Assembly: GCA_963664395.2 (NCBI GenBank) | Contig: OY761159.2 | Coordinates: forward strand, 992,001-1,056,000 | Reading direction: 5' to 3' | DNA from: Candidatus Binatia bacterium | GTDB taxonomy: Bacteria; Desulfobacterota; Binatia; Bin18 | DNA: 64,000 nt | Shown here: positions 1 through 11,041 of the stretch, one piece after another | How the letters are laid out: each line of letters opens with the position of its first letter | Position numbering within the stretch: position 1 is the stretch's first letter | Program-made: the position numbers and the translations under genes | The notes under the pieces: generated by a model | The model's input: only the letters and a program-made list of their open reading frames with translations | The model's database searches: none | What the model was told of the DNA's origin: nothing

Positions 1-17
1 CATTATCTGATAATACC

Positions 18-1089
18 CTACGTACAGCGGCAGAGACGTTTCCATAGACGCCAAGACACCCCGGCGAGCGCGAGCAGACCGCACACAGGAAGCGCGTAGA
101 GCGTATACCGATTGGGGTAATGCAGAACGAATAGGGTGAGGTGGGCGCTGATGAAGAGTCCGATTGAAACGCCGGCCAGTGCCCAAGCTTCCCGACCGAT
201 CACACCAGGGAGAAACCGCCAGGCGGCAATCAGCAGACCGCTGAGGAGAAGCGCAACCCAGGGATCAATACCTAAGCCGTTCCGCTTGGAGAAATAGAAG
301 TGCCACGGGTCGGGATTAAAGAAATGACTCCGCCCGCCGGGCCAAAACTTCGGCATGGCATATGCCTCGGCAAAGGTGACTGTGCGGCCAAGCTCGGGCG
401 GAAAGGGACGAAGATAGGCCAGGCCCAGGACCACAAGCGCCAGGCAGCCCAGCCCCACAAGAGCGAGCCGCCGCTCGGGCAGCTGCCGTTCTTGCCAATC
501 TTGCCAAACGCGCAGCGCCAAAACAATCGCAGCACACAGGCCCAGATTTGCAGCTACTCGGGTAGAAGAGAACAGCCAGGAGCAGGGCACACCCGAGCGC
601 GGTCTGACGCTGCGTGAGCAAGGCCCACATGCCGAACAGGAGAATCGGGGTGGCAAAGGAGCGCGGCAGACCGGCGTGCAGGAAGCGTAGTTCCGCCAGA
701 ATGAAAAAGGTCGCTCCGACGACTCCGCCCGGCAGCCCTTGACCAACACGCTGTCCAATAAGAAAGGCGAGTACCGTCCCAGCCGGAACCAGCAGCAATG
801 GGACTGCCTCTGCGAGATGCTGCGGATCAACGACAGGGACAAACAGCCGAAAGAGGAATTGATAGCCATAGGGGGCGAGAATCGGCTGAGAAAAAAACTC
901 CCGAGCGAGATCGTTTGGGAAGAGTGCGGGATCAATCCAGCGATACGTCCACCAGATGTGGTGCGCGAAGTCCTCATCATGCAGATCGGCCCGCAGCAGG
1001 GCGGGCAGAAATTCGCGGACAGCTACAATGCCAGCCAAACACGCGATCCAGCCGAGTGCGAAGCGTCGTCCCTGAGAATTTCCGTCCAT
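18..1089 (-). pseudogene. Polytopic membrane protein (GT-C glycosyltransferase-like), frameshifted near 558
   Basis: ORF 316..1089 gives a hydrophobic N-half (DEDFAHHIWW, GLPRSFA, ending LFYP). ORF 18..980 continues it in another frame (VAANLGL...LHYPNRYT). The break may be a sequencing indel. Confidence 0.6.
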
Positions 1090-1125
1090 ACCCTGCGTTC
1101 ACGAATCGGCAAAGGCGCTTCTCTC

Positions 1126-2493
1126 CTACAGCGGCTCAAAGCGTTTCCTTTTCAGCAGCTTCCCTCTTCCCGCGTTTCCCAACACATGCCCGTTTTCCAC
1201 AATCACCTCACCCCGCGATAGCGTATGCGTCGGCCAGCCCGTCACCTGAAAGCCTTCGTACAGTTCATAGTCTGCGCGCGAATGCATATCACGGTGACGG
1301 ATGGTGGTGTCTTTTTTGGGATCAAAGATCACAATGTCGGCATCCGCTCCAACGGCAATCGTGCCCTTTTGCGGATAGATACCAAACAGCTTGGCCGGGT
1401 TCGTGGCACTCACTTCGACAAAGCGGTTGAGTGAAAGTTTGCCTTGGCCAACGCCTTCGGAGTAGAGCATGGGGATAAGGGTTTCTAGGTTGGACATGCC
1501 GGGCAGCAAGTCATCGACCGTCTTCCCCGCTTTTTTCTGGGCCAGATTCCACCCACAATGATCTGTGGCTACAGTCTGCAAATTATCGGTGCGCAAGCCG
1601 TCCCACATGACCTGCATTTGGGACGCTTCTCTGAGCGGCGGCCAGCCAACGTAGCGTTCAGCGTCCGGCTCTTCAAAGCGTTCGCGGGAGAGATGCAAAT
1701 AGAGGGGCCGTGTTTCGCCGTAGATGATCTGGCCGCGCGCGCGCGCCTGACGAATCGGAGCCAGCGCTTCCTCACATGACAGATGGACCAAGTAGATGGG
1801 GGCTTCGGCGTACTTGGCCATACTGATGGCGCGCTGCACCGCCAACCCTTCGGACTCTCGGGGACGCGAGTCGGGGAAATACTTTGGTCCGAGCTTTCCC
1901 GCTGCCGTCATTTGTTCACACAGATAGCCGATCAAACATTGATCTTCGGCGTGGATATTGGTCAGCGCACCGTGTTTGCCGGCCTGGGCCATAACCTTGA
2001 GATAGTCGACGGCCAGCTCGTCAAAACGCGCCATGCCGATCATGAACAACTTGAAGCTCGTATGGCCTTCAGCAATAACGTCAGCCATTTCATCAATAAT
2101 CTGCTGAGTCGGCTCCAGGATGACAGGATGAATGCCGTAGTCGATGAGGGCTTTGTCTTTCGCTTTCTCCTCCCAGGCTTCAACACTGCCTTGGATCGAT
2201 TGGCCCGCTTCGGGTAAGGCATAATCAACGATGGTTGTCACCCCGCCACACGCCGCCGCAACCGTTCCGGAGTAAAAGTCGTCAACCGAGCGGTGGCCCA
2301 TCAACTCGATGTCAACATGGGTGTGGACATCCACCCCGCCGGGGAAGAGATAGTTGTCTGTCGCGTCGATTTCCCTAGCTGCCGGCCCAAGGCCCTGGCC
2401 GATCTGTTTGACTTTCCCCGCTTCAATCCCCACATCGGCTTGCGCGATTTCTCCAGCAGTCACCACTGTACCGTTGCGAATGACGAGATCCAT
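1126..2493 (-). CDS. hydA: Dihydropyrimidinase / D-hydantoinase
   Basis: Motifs PGGVDVHTH, SFKLFM (carboxylated Lys), IHAED, VHLS, ATDHC and NPAKLFG-YPQKG; 455 aa. Confidence 0.9.
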   Translation of the reverse strand: MDLVIRNGTVVTAGEIAQADVGIEAGKVKQIGQGLGPAAREIDATDNYLFPGGVDVHTHVDIELMGHRSVDDFYSGTVAAACGGVTTIVDYALPEAGQSIQGSVEAWEEKAKDKALIDYGIHPVILEPTQQIIDEMADVIAEGHTSFKLFMIGMARFDELAVDYLKVMAQAGKHGALTNIHAEDQCLIGYLCEQMTAAGKLGPKYFPDSRPRESEGLAVQRAISMAKYAEAPIYLVHLSCEEALAPIRQARARGQIIYGETRPLYLHLSRERFEEPDAERYVGWPPLREASQMQVMWDGLRTDNLQTVATDHCGWNLAQKKAGKTVDDLLPGMSNLETLIPMLYSEGVGQGKLSLNRFVEVSATNPAKLFGIYPQKGTIAVGADADIVIFDPKKDTTIRHRDMHSRADYELYEGFQVTGWPTHTLSRGEVIVENGHVLGNAGRGKLLKRKRFEPL

Positions 2494-2519
2494 GCTGTCC
2501 TCCTTTGTATGCAGATCGA

Positions 2520-3014
2520 CTAACGCTCCACTCTTTCCCCCAGCTTGCGCGCCGCCTCAACCAGCGATTCCACAAGAACGGCGACATCAGGGTCGGCAAT
2601 ACTTGTAATCCCCGTGGGATTGGAAGCGAGTTGGTCCGTCTCTACCAGCCGGTGGGCAATACGCCACTGACCGCTATGTTTCACGAGGCGATCAACATAG
2701 CGGCCCTGGGCAAAAATTTTATATCCACCGGCAGTCGCCAGCGTGGCCAGCATACTGCACTGACCGGTCGCTGCGTCTCCGCTCACCTCGTACAGAAAGT
2801 TGGCCATCATATGTCGGCAGCGGATTTCCTGTACGTGGACATCGGCATAGCCGCGCAGGGCGGCCTGACCACGCATGGCCCGCGGGCCGACCTGAAAAAT
2901 GCCGTCCGGCGTGAAGCAGGCGACCCAGGCTTCGGGGTTGAGGTCGTCAATCGCGTGGGCGTAGCGGGCAAAGAGTTCTTGGATAGCCAGTTTTTCAATC
3001 CATGCGTTGTCCAT
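2520..3014 (-). CDS. SnoaL-like / NTF2-family protein
   Basis: IQELFARYAHAID, FTPDG, RH, GRYVDRLV..WRI pattern; AGGAGG RBS. Confidence 0.85.
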   Translation of the reverse strand: MDNAWIEKLAIQELFARYAHAIDDLNPEAWVACFTPDGIFQVGPRAMRGQAALRGYADVHVQEIRCRHMMANFLYEVSGDAATGQCSMLATLATAGGYKIFAQGRYVDRLVKHSGQWRIAHRLVETDQLASNPTGITSIADPDVAVLVESLVEAARKLGERVER

Positions 3015-3031
3015 CTATTACCTCCTTAGAC

Positions 3032-3055
3032 CATCAGATCATCAGATCATCAGAT
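3032..3055. repeat. Tandem 8-bp repeat (CATCAGAT)x3 between the AKR stop and the SnoaL RBS
   Basis: Read directly from the sequence. Confidence 0.9.
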
Positions 3056-4080
3056 CAGACCATTTTGGCCGGGTTCGGTTGCTCATGCCCCAGGATGGGG
3101 TGGGGCTGATACGGCGCTTCGAGCGTCGCGACTTCCTCATCACTCAGGGCCATATCCACCGCCGCGAAGAGTTCTTCCAGATGATGTATCTTCGTGGCTC
3201 CGATTATGGGCGCTGTAACGCCCGGCGCCTGGAGTACCCAGGCACAGGCAATCTGGGTCGGGGAGACACCCCGCTGTTCGGCGACCTTTTCTACTGTCGC
3301 GGCAATAACGAAATCGTTCTCACGAAAATAATTGTTATGCGCAAACGCATCGGTTTCGGCGCGCTTGGTCAGGGCCGTGCTCCCCTCGGGCTGACGGTTA
3401 CCGGCAAAGAAACCGCGCGCCAGCGGGCTCCACGGAATGAGCGCCACGCCTTGATCGATACACAGCGGATTCATCTCCCGTTCTTCCTCACGATAGATCA
3501 GGTTGTAATGGTTCTGCATGGTCACGAAGCGATGCCACCCTTCTTCCTTGGCCAGAGAGAGCGCCTTGGAAAACTGCCAGGCCGCCATGCTGCTCGCGCC
3601 TACATAGCGTACCTTGCCGCTGCGCACGAGGGAGTCCAGGGCTTCCAGGGTTTCTTCAATCGGAGTGGAAAAATCCCAGCGGTGGATCTGATACAGGTCG
3701 ATATAGTCCATCTTGAGACGGCGCAAAGAATGCTCGCACGCCTCAATAATGTGCTTGCGGCTCAGCCCACCACGGTTTGGCCCGGGGGCCATCTTGCCCC
3801 ATACCTTGGTGGCAACGACGATGTCATCGCGTACGGCCAGCTCCCCCAACCAGTGTCCGGTGATCTCCTCACTCAGACCGATCGAGTAGACGTCGGCGGT
3901 ATCGAAAAAGTTTATGCCGGCTTCGAGGGCCAGGACGAAATGCGCGCGCGCTTCGGCCTGATCCAGCGCCCAGTCGCGTGGCATCGCCCATTCGGGCTGC
4001 GGACCGCCACCATAGCTCATACAGCCGAGACAGAGCCGTGACACGGTCATTCCGGTGTTGCCAAGCTTTGTAAACTGCAT
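3055..4080 (-). CDS. Aldo/keto reductase (YajO/Tas-like)
   Basis: LCLGCMSYG, FDTADVY, ATK, DYIDLYQIHRWD, QNHYNL, PWSPLARG. Confidence 0.92.
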   Translation of the reverse strand: MQFTKLGNTGMTVSRLCLGCMSYGGGPQPEWAMPRDWALDQAEARAHFVLALEAGINFFDTADVYSIGLSEEITGHWLGELAVRDDIVVATKVWGKMAPGPNRGGLSRKHIIEACEHSLRRLKMDYIDLYQIHRWDFSTPIEETLEALDSLVRSGKVRYVGASSMAAWQFSKALSLAKEEGWHRFVTMQNHYNLIYREEEREMNPLCIDQGVALIPWSPLARGFFAGNRQPEGSTALTKRAETDAFAHNNYFRENDFVIAATVEKVAEQRGVSPTQIACAWVLQAPGVTAPIIGATKIHHLEELFAAVDMALSDEEVATLEAPYQPHPILGHEQPNPAKMV

Positions 4081-4095
4081 ACTTCCTCCTCTGCA

Positions 4096-4977
4096 CTATG
4101 GACGCGGTTGTCGTTGGGCGAAGTCTTCAGCAATCTCTGAAAACGTGGCCCAGCTCACTCCAGCATGACTATTGAAGTGTTCAATTAAACGCTCGTGCAT
4201 CATCAGCACCTGCGGACGGCCGCTCACGTCAGGATGAATGGTCATGGTAAACACGGCGTAGTCATATTCACGGTAGATCCAGTCGAACTGATCCCGCCAC
4301 ATTTGCTCAATGTCGCGGGGATTCACAAAGCCATGGCTATTGGGCGATTTTTTGATGAACATCATGGGCGGCAGGTCGTCGAGATACCAGTTGGCCGGAA
4401 TCTCAACCAAGTCGGTTTCTTCGCCACGCATGAGCGGCTTCATCCATTCTTCTGCCGGCTTGGAGTAGTCGATATTCGTCCAGGTATCTCCGACCCGGAC
4501 ATAGTAGGGATGGAAGTCGTTATGCATCAGACTGTGGTCATAGCGAAAGCCGTGCTTCAGCAGGAGTTCGTTGGTCACGTTCGAGAACTCCCACCACGGG
4601 GCCACATAGCCGGACGGACGTGTGCCCGCTTTTTCCTCGATGAGGCCAATTGTTTTGACCAGAACATCTTCCTCTTGCTGCGGCGTCATGGCGATCGGAT
4701 TCTCATGCGAGTAGCCGTGCGCACCGATTTCGTGTCCGGCCTCGACAATCATTTGGGTTTGCTCGGGAAACGTCTCGATTGAGTGACCGGGAATAAACCA
4801 GCTTGTCTTCATGCCATACGTATCAAACAGCTTGAGCAGACGCGGCACGCCCACTTCCCCGGCAAACAGCCCCCGCGAAATATCATCCGGCGAGTCCTCG
4901 CCCCCGTATGATCCCAGCCAGCCGCCGACCGCGTCCACGTCAATACCATACGCCAGCTTAATGTCCTTTGTGGCCAT
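4096..4977 (-). CDS. CE4 polysaccharide deacetylase family, H. pylori PgdA (HP0310)-like
   Basis: [50 protein letters not shown]. Confidence 0.88.
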   Translation of the reverse strand: MATKDIKLAYGIDVDAVGGWLGSYGGEDSPDDISRGLFAGEVGVPRLLKLFDTYGMKTSWFIPGHSIETFPEQTQMIVEAGHEIGAHGYSHENPIAMTPQQEEDVLVKTIGLIEEKAGTRPSGYVAPWWEFSNVTNELLLKHGFRYDHSLMHNDFHPYYVRVGDTWTNIDYSKPAEEWMKPLMRGEETDLVEIPANWYLDDLPPMMFIKKSPNSHGFVNPRDIEQMWRDQFDWIYREYDYAVFTMTIHPDVSGRPQVLMMHERLIEHFNSHAGVSWATFSEIAEDFAQRQPRP

Positions 4978-5003
4978 ATCTCCTCCCTTCTTTCGTCCAG
5001 GCT

Positions 5004-6221
5004 TCAGTGTGCTAGCTGGCTCTTATCCAGCACCCGATCCATAACGTATTGCGCCAACTGGTGGATGCATTCTTCCAGATGACAGTAGCGTCCAGGTCGC
5101 GCCATGCGCGAATTCAGCCCCTGCTGAACCGACTCGCACGCCCACATGTCCTGCTTGTTTATGAACTCGAGCCCTTCGACCGCGTGTTCGAGATGTTGTT
5201 CAAAATCCGGCATCTCCATAGCTGCTGGAGGAAAGCACAGCGCCAGGCTCCACGTAATCCGGTCAGCCGCCTGCGGCAATATCTGTCCATAAAACATGCC
5301 GTCGGGTAACGGCGTAAAGAGATGCGTTGGATAGATATTAATGAAGTCACCGCGCTGGCGTTCTTCGGGAGACAAGCTCTCAATCAACGGGAAAGGAGAA
5401 GGTAACCACTCGGTCTTGCCAGGTTCGGCTTCCGTCACCCCCGGTGAATAAAATGTTGCCCCCGGTGTTGCAAAATCCCCCCAGATGATCCCAAACGCGC
5501 CGTTATACGCTGCGTTGGTAATATTGTAAGCCTGAGGCGAAGCATTATGAACGGAATGGACTGGCATCACATCGTGCGGTCCCTTATGCAGACCAAGAAC
5601 GTGGTAGGCCTCCATATAGTTCTCAACCATAATTTTCCAGTTCCAGTTACCCTCATAGACTAATGTTTTGACGGTCCGCATCTCACTGAGATTATAGTGC
5701 TGCAATCGCTCGGAGAGGGGAGCCAGCTTGGGCCCAAGCGGCTGTGCTCGCTGATCAAAATTGACAAAGATGAACCCCTCCCACGTCTCGACCCGTGGCG
5801 AGGCTAATTGACACTGTTTTTTGTCAAAGTTGTCCGTGCGTTGCATCTCGGGGGCGCCAATGAGTTCTCCTTTCAAGGAGTAGGTCCAGCCATGGTAGGG
5901 GCACTCAAAAGTGCGCCGATTACCCCGCCCTTCTACGACTTTCGTTGCGCGATGGCGGCAGACATTCGATAATACCCGGACCTGGTTTTCCTCATCTCGC
6001 ACGACGATCAGTCGTTCTCCTAGTAGGGTCAGCGTAAAAAAATCTCCGGGCTTCTCCACCTGATCTACTCGCCCGACGCACAGCCACTCTTTCAAGAAGA
6101 TATGCTCGACTTCTCGCTCATAAAACTCGCGTGAGGTGTAACAGGGAGGTGGGAGCGTCGAGGCTTGAGACGGCGGCAGCTGGGCTGCCATAAAATCACT
6201 CTTGGTCATTTCCCTAGTCAT
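5004..6221 (-). CDS. Rieske non-heme iron oxygenase alpha subunit
   Basis: NVCRHR and CPYHGW Rieske ligands; [11 protein letters not shown]...H mononuclear Fe site; D in [10 protein letters not shown]. Confidence 0.92.
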   Translation of the reverse strand: MTREMTKSDFMAAQLPPSQASTLPPPCYTSREFYEREVEHIFLKEWLCVGRVDQVEKPGDFFTLTLLGERLIVVRDEENQVRVLSNVCRHRATKVVEGRGNRRTFECPYHGWTYSLKGELIGAPEMQRTDNFDKKQCQLASPRVETWEGFIFVNFDQRAQPLGPKLAPLSERLQHYNLSEMRTVKTLVYEGNWNWKIMVENYMEAYHVLGLHKGPHDVMPVHSVHNASPQAYNITNAAYNGAFGIIWGDFATPGATFYSPGVTEAEPGKTEWLPSPFPLIESLSPEERQRGDFINIYPTHLFTPLPDGMFYGQILPQAADRITWSLALCFPPAAMEMPDFEQHLEHAVEGLEFINKQDMWACESVQQGLNSRMARPGRYCHLEECIHQLAQYVMDRVLDKSQLAH

Positions 6222-6388
6222 AGTCTTCTCATCCCCCTTTCGCGAGATACTCAGGTGAGCGCTCCCCTTATGCCGGACCCTAGCTGTGTCTTGCCGGGAG
6301 TGTCAAGGAAAACGATGAGGGTTGCGTAAAGGCGAAAACTTTCCGACATTGCTTCTGGATGGGCATGAGGAAAAAAGGGGGGCAAAAA

Positions 6389-7390
6389 ATGAACCGAGAA
6401 GGCGGGTGGCGGGCGTGTCTTGAGGCAGTAGTGTTCACCGGTTTATTCGTCTTCTGGCTTATCTCGTCTGCCGCCCTGGCAGACGACGTAGCCAAGAGTC
6501 CGTATGGCCCGGACGATGAAATCGGAGTCCTGAACGAATTAACCGAGGCGAATACCCTGGCCGTCTTGCAGCGGGTCAGCAGCGGCAAAACCTATGATCT
6601 CAGCGTTGAGAACTTCGTTGGTATGCCCGGCCTGGCCGATCTCGGTATGGGCGACCCGCCTTTCCATATGTGGATGACGCATACGCCCCGAGGGATACGT
6701 ATCGAAAAATTATCTCCAGCCGGCGGTCCCCCCAATCTCGCCTTGTACGATGATGCGTATACGCTGTCGGCCCATACCGGCACTCATATTGATGCGCTGA
6801 ATCACCTGGGCCGGGGCGAGAAAATTTTTAATGGCTACGACGCCCCGACCTATTTGAGCGACAAAGGCTGGACCAAGGCCGGGGCGGACACCGTCCCGCC
6901 CATTATCACCCGTGGGATTCTTATTGATGTGGCCGGCGAGAAAGGCGTCGCCATGCTGCCGAACTCGTATGAGATTAGCATCGAAGATCTACAGCGAGTG
7001 ATGAAGAAACAAGGCGTCCGCCTACAGAAGAATGATGCCGTTTTAATCCGCACCGGACGTATGACGGTCTGGCCGGACCCTAAAAAGTTCGTGCATAACG
7101 ATCCGGGCATTACCAAAGACAGTGCCGCCTGGCTGGTCGATAACGGCGCGGTCATTATCGGTGCGGACAATATGGGGATCGAAAAATTTCCGATGGCAAA
7201 AGACAGTGTGCATGTCTATTTGTTTACCGAACGGGGGGTGTGTCTCCTCGAACTGCTATGGCTGGAGGATTTGGCCAAGGACCAGGTGTATGAATTCGCC
7301 TTTATCGCCGCGCCGATCAAAATGCGCGGCGCAACCGGCTCGCCGATCCGTCCGTTGGCGCTGCCAATTCGCGTAGCGCCGAGCGAATAA
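6389..7390 (+). CDS. Exported cyclase-family (kynurenine formamidase-like) metal hydrolase
   Basis: Signal peptide ending ALA; YGPDDEIG; HTGTHIDAL; LIRTG; GATGSPIRPLA. Confidence 0.85.
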   Translation: MNREGGWRACLEAVVFTGLFVFWLISSAALADDVAKSPYGPDDEIGVLNELTEANTLAVLQRVSSGKTYDLSVENFVGMPGLADLGMGDPPFHMWMTHTPRGIRIEKLSPAGGPPNLALYDDAYTLSAHTGTHIDALNHLGRGEKIFNGYDAPTYLSDKGWTKAGADTVPPIITRGILIDVAGEKGVAMLPNSYEISIEDLQRVMKKQGVRLQKNDAVLIRTGRMTVWPDPKKFVHNDPGITKDSAAWLVDNGAVIIGADNMGIEKFPMAKDSVHVYLFTERGVCLLELLWLEDLAKDQVYEFAFIAAPIKMRGATGSPIRPLALPIRVAPSE

Positions 7391-7462
7391 AAAGGGCGAG
7401 CGTCACAAGCCGGCCTCTCCCCTTCCTTGCCTGAGCCCCAGAGATATGATGGGCTGGCAGCG

Positions 7463-8035
7463 GTGCATACAGACCTACTTACTGTCCTCAAAAATCGTCT
7501 TCAGAGTCGAACCCGTGTCGTAGACGACGGCCAATCCGCCAAACGGGCAGCCGTGTTGGTCCCGTTCTTCGAGCGTGAGGGAGAATACCATCTCCTCTTT
7601 ACGCTCCGAACGTCACACCTTCCGACCCACAAAGGCGATGTATCCTTTCCGGGTGGACGAGCTGACAAAGAGGATGCGTCACTCCTCCACACCGCCCTGC
7701 GAGAGTCTGAAGAAGAGGTCGGCTTACACCCGTCGGATGTCCAACCTATTGGCCCGTTGGACGACTTGCGAACGCACGCCACAGACTATGTCGTCACGCC
7801 CTATGTTGGTGTGATTCCCTACCCGTACGATTTTCAACCAAGCGCGTGGGAAGTGGCAGAGATTTTCTCTGTGCCGTTCGCTTTTCTCGAAGACCTCAGC
7901 AATCTGAATGATGAAACCTGGCTGCACGACGGCGAAACCATTCCCATTCAGACCTATCGCTATCAGGGCTATAAGATCTGGGGCGCGACACAGCGCATGA
8001 TTCAGAATTTGCTGGAGCTTCTCGGCGCTTCCTGA
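7463..8035 (+). CDS. CoA pyrophosphatase, Nudix (NudL-like); start uncertain
   Basis: AAVLVP, HKGDVSFPGG, TALRESEEEVGL Nudix box, IWGAT. Confidence 0.88.
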   Translation: MHTDLLTVLKNRLQSRTRVVDDGQSAKRAAVLVPFFEREGEYHLLFTLRTSHLPTHKGDVSFPGGRADKEDASLLHTALRESEEEVGLHPSDVQPIGPLDDLRTHATDYVVTPYVGVIPYPYDFQPSAWEVAEIFSVPFAFLEDLSNLNDETWLHDGETIPIQTYRYQGYKIWGATQRMIQNLLELLGAS

Positions 8036-8076
8036 GCAGGCGAAATTCATTGCATACCGCTCTCCTGCCTGACAAC

Positions 8077-8802
8077 TTAATCTCGCCCGGCCTCAATGAT
8101 CTTCTCCGCCAATCCAATCGGATTGGTAAAAATCACCTCATGACTGCCCGGCATTTGCACCAGGCGATACAGCCCCAGGCGGTTTGACATGCGTGGATGC
8201 CAGCCCCACTCCCCCGGCGGCAGGGCGATGTCTTCGGTGCAGTTCAGGAAACTCTTGGGCATGTCCAAGGCATAGAACGGCTTCATGTCGAGCGGGTCGC
8301 AAAACGGCTGATACGGTTCAGGCGACAACCGGGCGTAGGCCGACTGTGCCAGGGCGAGATCGGCATCGTTGATGAATGCCTCACGCCAAATTGGAAACGG
8401 CAGGGTCACGGTCCTGTCGCTCGACGCGGCAACCATTTCATCAAACAGTTTGCGATAGTGATCTGGAATCTCATCCATTAAACTATTGCCGTCCTCACAC
8501 ACAAACGCATTCCAGAAGATCAGACGCCGAATCCGCTCGGGAAGCGCCGGGGCGACTTGGGAAATAATCGTCCCGCCAAAGCTATGACCGAGCAGGACAA
8601 TGTCGCGCAGGTCTTTTTCCAAGATGAAGTCGATAATCGACTGCGTGCACTGGGCATGATTGACGTTTTTATCAACGCCCTTGCCGTGCCCGGCTATGGT
8701 TGGGCTAAAGGCACGATGGCCTTTCTCCGCCAGGTGAGTCCGCACCGGCTCCCAGGCCGACCCGTCATGCCATGCACCATGAACCAAGACAAATGTAGAC
8801 AT
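8077..8802 (-). CDS. Alpha/beta hydrolase (salicylate esterase-like)
   Basis: FVLVHGAWHDG, GHSFGG nucleophile elbow, TED and GSHE triad residues. Confidence 0.88.
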   Translation of the reverse strand: MSTFVLVHGAWHDGSAWEPVRTHLAEKGHRAFSPTIAGHGKGVDKNVNHAQCTQSIIDFILEKDLRDIVLLGHSFGGTIISQVAPALPERIRRLIFWNAFVCEDGNSLMDEIPDHYRKLFDEMVAASSDRTVTLPFPIWREAFINDADLALAQSAYARLSPEPYQPFCDPLDMKPFYALDMPKSFLNCTEDIALPPGEWGWHPRMSNRLGLYRLVQMPGSHEVIFTNPIGLAEKIIEAGRD

Positions 8803-8922
8803 ACTTCCTCCCGTGCGAGTCTTGGTATGATATGCAACTACGCACTGTCAATGCACAGACCCCGGCTTACCCCGCCTCATACAGAATGATATTGATCGGA
8901 GCCAGAAATACAGGAGGGACGC

Positions 8923-10137
8923 ATGCAGCAGTTCCACACCGAGCGGGAGCAGCGCTTCATTGATCTCGCCGCTACCTTAGCCGACGACTTTGCCACCCGT
9001 GCGGCCCAGCATGATGCAGAAGGCTCGTTTCCCCATGAGAACTACGAGCGGCTGAAAGAGACCGGCTACAGCGTACTGACCATACCTGAAGAGTTGGGCG
9101 GGATGGGCGCCAGCCTGTTGGAACGTATGAAGGCGCAGGAACGTCTGGCCCAAGGCTGCGGTCCGACCGCGCTCGCCATCAATATGCATTTCAATGTGAT
9201 GAGTCTCCTCATCAACCTCTGGCAGAGGTCTCGCACGCCCCCTGTCGAAGCCATGTTGCGCCAGATCGTTGCCGAGCGTCTCATTGTCGGCGGCTCGGGT
9301 TCCGAGCCGGACAACGCCGTTTCCATCCTCCGTCCCCGGACCACGGCAGAACGTGTGGACGGCGGGTGGCGGGTGAGCGGACGCAAGATTTTCAGCACCC
9401 AGTCCATCGCCCTTGATCGTTATTTTGCAGAAGCAACCTGGAAAGAAGGCATCCACGCCGGGCAGCAGACCGGTACGATTATTTCCTTCCTGATTCCCCG
9501 CGACACTCCGGGTTTCATTATTAAAGACGACTGGCATACCATGGGCATGCGTTCAACCGAGTCGAGAAGCACCGAACTCAAAGACGCTTTTGTTCCAGAA
9601 TCCGCCGTCTTCTTGCAACGTCCGGTTTTCGCCCGAGGGGGGATAACCAATCTGTTCCCACGCGCGCCGTTTACCATAGGGAGCGTGTATATCGGCATTG
9701 CAACCGCGGCCCGCAATTTTGTGGTGGAGTTTATGCGGGACCGGCCGCGCTTCCCGCTCACCAAACCGATGAGCCATCTGCCGAGTGTCTACAATAAAGT
9801 CGGCGAGATGGACGCCCTGCTTGAAACGGCCCGCGCCGTTGTGTGGAAAGCCGCTGCCGAGGCTGACCAGGAAACCCCACGCACCTGGCTTCGCAAAAGT
9901 GTGGCCGCCAGGATGGTCGCTATGGAGAATTCCGCTCGCGTGGTTGACCTCGCCATGCGGGCCGTGGGAGGAGCCTCATACTTTAAGCGCTTTCCCTTGG
10001 AACGCTATTATCGCGATGTGCGGGCTGGTCTGTTCCATCCTTTTGACAGCGATGAAACCTTGGAACTCCTCGGTAAGACGGCCTTCGGTATAGCCATGTA
10101 CGATGAAGAGACGATTCGCGCCCTCAAGGAATTGTGA
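8923..10137 (+). CDS. Acyl-CoA dehydrogenase family protein
   Basis: IPEELGGMG, NMH, SEP, GRKIFST, MGMRST, LERYYRDVRAG. Confidence 0.88.
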   Translation: MQQFHTEREQRFIDLAATLADDFATRAAQHDAEGSFPHENYERLKETGYSVLTIPEELGGMGASLLERMKAQERLAQGCGPTALAINMHFNVMSLLINLWQRSRTPPVEAMLRQIVAERLIVGGSGSEPDNAVSILRPRTTAERVDGGWRVSGRKIFSTQSIALDRYFAEATWKEGIHAGQQTGTIISFLIPRDTPGFIIKDDWHTMGMRSTESRSTELKDAFVPESAVFLQRPVFARGGITNLFPRAPFTIGSVYIGIATAARNFVVEFMRDRPRFPLTKPMSHLPSVYNKVGEMDALLETARAVVWKAAAEADQETPRTWLRKSVAARMVAMENSARVVDLAMRAVGGASYFKRFPLERYYRDVRAGLFHPFDSDETLELLGKTAFGIAMYDEETIRALKEL

Positions 10138-10151
10138 GAAAGGAACCCCTC

Positions 10152-10997
10152 ATGTCACATCCAGTTCGCTTTGGCATACAGATCCCACAGCAGAACGGGG
10201 ACTGGAACGATATGCTCAGGCTGTGGCAAGAGGCCGACAGTCTGGGGTTTGATACGGCGTGGGTCTTCGATCATTTTCTACCTATTTTTTCCGACCCAAC
10301 CGGCCCCTGCCTGGAAGGCTGGACTGCCTTATCAGCTTTGGCTATGGCGACAAAAAATGTTCGCCTGGGCGTCATGGTTACGGGTAATACCTACCGCCAC
10401 CCGGCCGTCCTGGCCAAGATGGCCACAACGGTGGATATCATCAGCCACGGACGGCTGATTTTCGGCATTGGCAGCGGCTGGTTTGCGTTGGAGCATGAGG
10501 CGTACGACATTCCCTTTCCCACAACAGGGGAACGGCTGATCAGTCTGGACGAATCCATCACCCTGATTAAGCAACTCTGGACCCAGCAGCGGGCAAACTT
10601 TACCGGACGCCATCACCATCTGCACGATGCGCCCTTTGAGCCCAAACCGCTCCAGCAGCCACACCCGCCGATTCTGGTTGGGGCCGGCGGAGAGAAGGTG
10701 GCTTTGGGCATTGTGGCGCGCCACGCAGACATGTGGAACACCTTCGGCACACCGGAGACCTTCCGGCATAAGATCAAGGTATTGGCCGACCACTGCGCCC
10801 ATATCGGCCGTGACCCGGACGAGATTGAGAAGTCCGTCCTCATCTCGACGACCTTCTCCTCCGATCACAATATGCGCAAGCTGATTGAAGGCTATCTTGC
10901 CGTGGGCGTGACCCATATTATCTTTTCCGTTTCCCCCTCAACCGAGCCACAGCTCTTGCGGCGTTTTGCCCGGAACATCATGGCGACATTCCGCTAA
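10152..10997 (+). CDS. LLM-class putative F420-dependent oxidoreductase
   Basis: WVFDHF, LEGWTALSALA, GNTYRHPAVLAKMATTVD, PKPLQQPHPPI. Confidence 0.88.
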   Translation: MSHPVRFGIQIPQQNGDWNDMLRLWQEADSLGFDTAWVFDHFLPIFSDPTGPCLEGWTALSALAMATKNVRLGVMVTGNTYRHPAVLAKMATTVDIISHGRLIFGIGSGWFALEHEAYDIPFPTTGERLISLDESITLIKQLWTQQRANFTGRHHHLHDAPFEPKPLQQPHPPILVGAGGEKVALGIVARHADMWNTFGTPETFRHKIKVLADHCAHIGRDPDEIEKSVLISTTFSSDHNMRKLIEGYLAVGVTHIIFSVSPSTEPQLLRRFARNIMATFR

Positions 10998-11041
10998 ATA
11001 GCCACACTACTTTTCAGACTGCACAGGAAAGGAGACAGTCC

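Noticed and set aside
1-30. Possible IS end truncating the membrane-protein gene (CATTATC-T-GATAAT near-palindrome beside the TAG)
   Set aside because: Cut by the window edge; no second end or transposase visible
3007-4041. Long antisense ORF (344 aa), and similar ones at 58704..59753, 47529..48275, 51396..52115 and 19520..20242
   Set aside because: Shadow ORFs opposite well-supported genes in GC-rich DNA; no motifs or RBS
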